A DNA stretch of 63,628 nt, filler included, from Reclinomonas americana ATCC 50394 (Eukaryota): NCBI GenBank assembly GCA_048213135.1. It is 16 parts of 16 records of this genome, joined end to end, with 100 filler letters (N's around TTAATTAATTAA, not from the genome) between each part and the next. Parts side by side here need not be neighbours in the genome. Positions count along the whole stretch, not along the records: positions 61,334 to 63,628 come from AFZH01021845.1; 15 more parts are not named here. The stretch is one strand, 5' to 3'. The position numbers and the translations under genes were made by a program. The notes beneath the pieces were generated by a model, which searched no databases, was not told the origin of the DNA, and worked only from the letters and a program-made list of their open reading frames with translations. Positions 61,985 to 63,628 of the stretch are shown here, one piece after another (position 1 is the stretch's first letter; each line of letters starts with the position of its first letter).

Positions 61985-63362
61985 CAGCGGCTGCGTTCTC
62001 GTCTGCACCGCATCGTGGCCCACCAGCAACAACAGCGCGGCGAGCGACATGGACACGGCCCATCGCACTGCACCGCTACCTCCTCCTCCTCGTGACGAGC
62101 TCATGAGCTCCACCACCAGTGCACCCAACAGCACCAACGCCACCGTCACCACCACGTGCCACAGTGAGTTGGCGTGCGGTGAGGGCGGTGACGATGAGGA
62201 GAGTAGAGACCAGATGCTGAGCGCGGAAATGGGTCCCATGAGCAGGAAGAGACTGGCGAGGCGGAGGCGCCGGTGGAGGGTGGATGGTGGCTGTGGAAGG
62301 GCAAACGGGAAGAAGGGGATAAGAGGAGAAGGATGAGGGCAGGGGAAGGCAAAGGGGAGGGGGAAGGGAGGAGATGGATGTATGAGAAGGCAGTAGGGAG
62401 TAGGGATGGGAGGAAGGGAAGACATGGAAGGGAGGAGGTGGACGAGGAGGGGAAGGAGGAGATGTATGAGGAGGGGAAGAAGGAGATGGTTGAGGGGAAG
62501 GCAGGGGATGTATGAGGAGGGAATGGGAGGAGATGTATGAGAAGGGAATGGGAGGAGATGCATGAGAGGAAGGGAGGAGGTGGAAGAGGAGAAGGGAGGA
62601 GGTGGATGAGAAGGGAATGGAAGGTGATGTATGAGGAGGGAATGGGAGGAGATGGATGAGCGGAGGAAATGCACGAGAGAAGGGAATGGATGGATCAGGA
62701 GAAGGCAAAGAGGAGATGAATGAGGGAAAGGGAGGAGATGAGATGGATGAGGGGGATAAGGGAGTGGAGGGCAAGTGAGTGGGGAATGCAGAAGGGAGAG
62801 TGTTACTGGAGACAACACAACACAGTGATGAACGAGTGAGAATGATGAAACCCAATGAAGGGAGAGTGAAGAATGCAGAGCGAGAAAGACAGAAATGCAG
62901 GCTCTCAAATGCTTCACATGCACAGTGCGCGTGTGTGTGCACACACAGAGAGACAGAGTCATTTTCGCGCTTCATGCAACTTCAGAAGTCGCTGTTACTT
63001 TTCTCTCTCTGTGTTCTCTTTTCTCTCTCTCGCTTGACGCACCATGGATTGCACCGATGCCGGTCGCACAAGCAACAGCAAGAGCTCCATTGTTTTGCAA
63101 AAGAGAAGAGAGACAACAGTGTGTCCTGTGGGACCGGAAGTCTTTCAGTGTGTTTGGAGGCGAAAGGGTGAGAGAGAGTGTGTGAGTGTGTGTGTGCATG
63201 TGTGCGTGTGCACGCAAAGAGAGACAGAGTGTCATTTTCGCGCTTCATGCAACTTCAGAAGTCGCTGTTATTTTTCTCTCTGTGTTCTCTCTCTCTCTCT
63301 CGCTTGACGCACCATGGATTGCACCGATGCCGGTCGCACAAACAACAGCAAGAGCTCCATTG
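61985..63362 (-). CDS. Internal exons of a multipass membrane protein (partial)
   Basis: A 50-nt exon (A)MELLLLFVRPASVQSM and a larger hydrophobic exon ...SLFLLMGPISALSIWSLL...HVVVTVALVLLGALVV...SLAALLLLVGHD...QPL, with canonical splice sites. Confidence 0.5.
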
Positions 63363-63470
63363 CTTTGCAAAAGAGAAAGAAGAAGACAACAGTGTGTCCT
63401 GCGGGACCGGAAGTCTTTTGCGCAGTGTTTGGAGGCGAAAGGGTGTGTGAGAGAGAGAGAGAGAGAGTGA
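62930..63470. repeat. 270-nt tandem duplication including an exon
   Basis: accatggattgcaccgatgc at 63041 and 63311, with near-identical flanks. Confidence 0.9.
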
Positions 63471-63585
63471 GAGAGTGTGTGTGCTCACTGTGTGTGTGTG
63501 TGTTTGTTGCAGTGAAGGGATGGGTGAGGCTGATGAGCTGGCGCGAAAGGTTTGTGTAAGTGTGGAAGAGTGTGTGTGTGTGTGT

Positions 63586-63628
<43 letters not shown>

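Overview
Eukaryotic nuclear DNA from an intron-rich, microsatellite-laden genome, not a prokaryote or virus. It is most likely a flagellated aerobic protist, since it carries the cilia genes CFAP298 and MORN5 plus mitochondrial PDH E1-alpha and MRPL22. The window is a scaffold of 16 contigs joined by artificial N44-TTAATTAATTAA-N44 spacers, and several genes continue across the gaps. The ORF track is mostly misleading because genes are split by many short (about 50-90 nt) spliceosomal introns, so I rebuilt about 21 genes by hand; the code appears standard. Main points: (1) a second, very frequent 5' splice-site class GTTGCGT, which looks like GTGCGT shifted by one nucleotide (at least 18 cases); (2) two convergent cyclophilin genes with 12 and 15 introns, including a 2-nt and two 4-nt microexons required by the conserved protein; (3) a textbook U12-type AT-AC intron; (4) an MLKL-like gene (four-helix N-terminal domain + pseudokinase) extended by ARM-like repeats and a FYVE finger; (5) a tandem family of intronless WD40 genes with hypervariable repeat positions and a SOCS/F-box-like tail; (6) a divergent CTC1 telomere gene. 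All protein identifications come from motif recall, not database searches.
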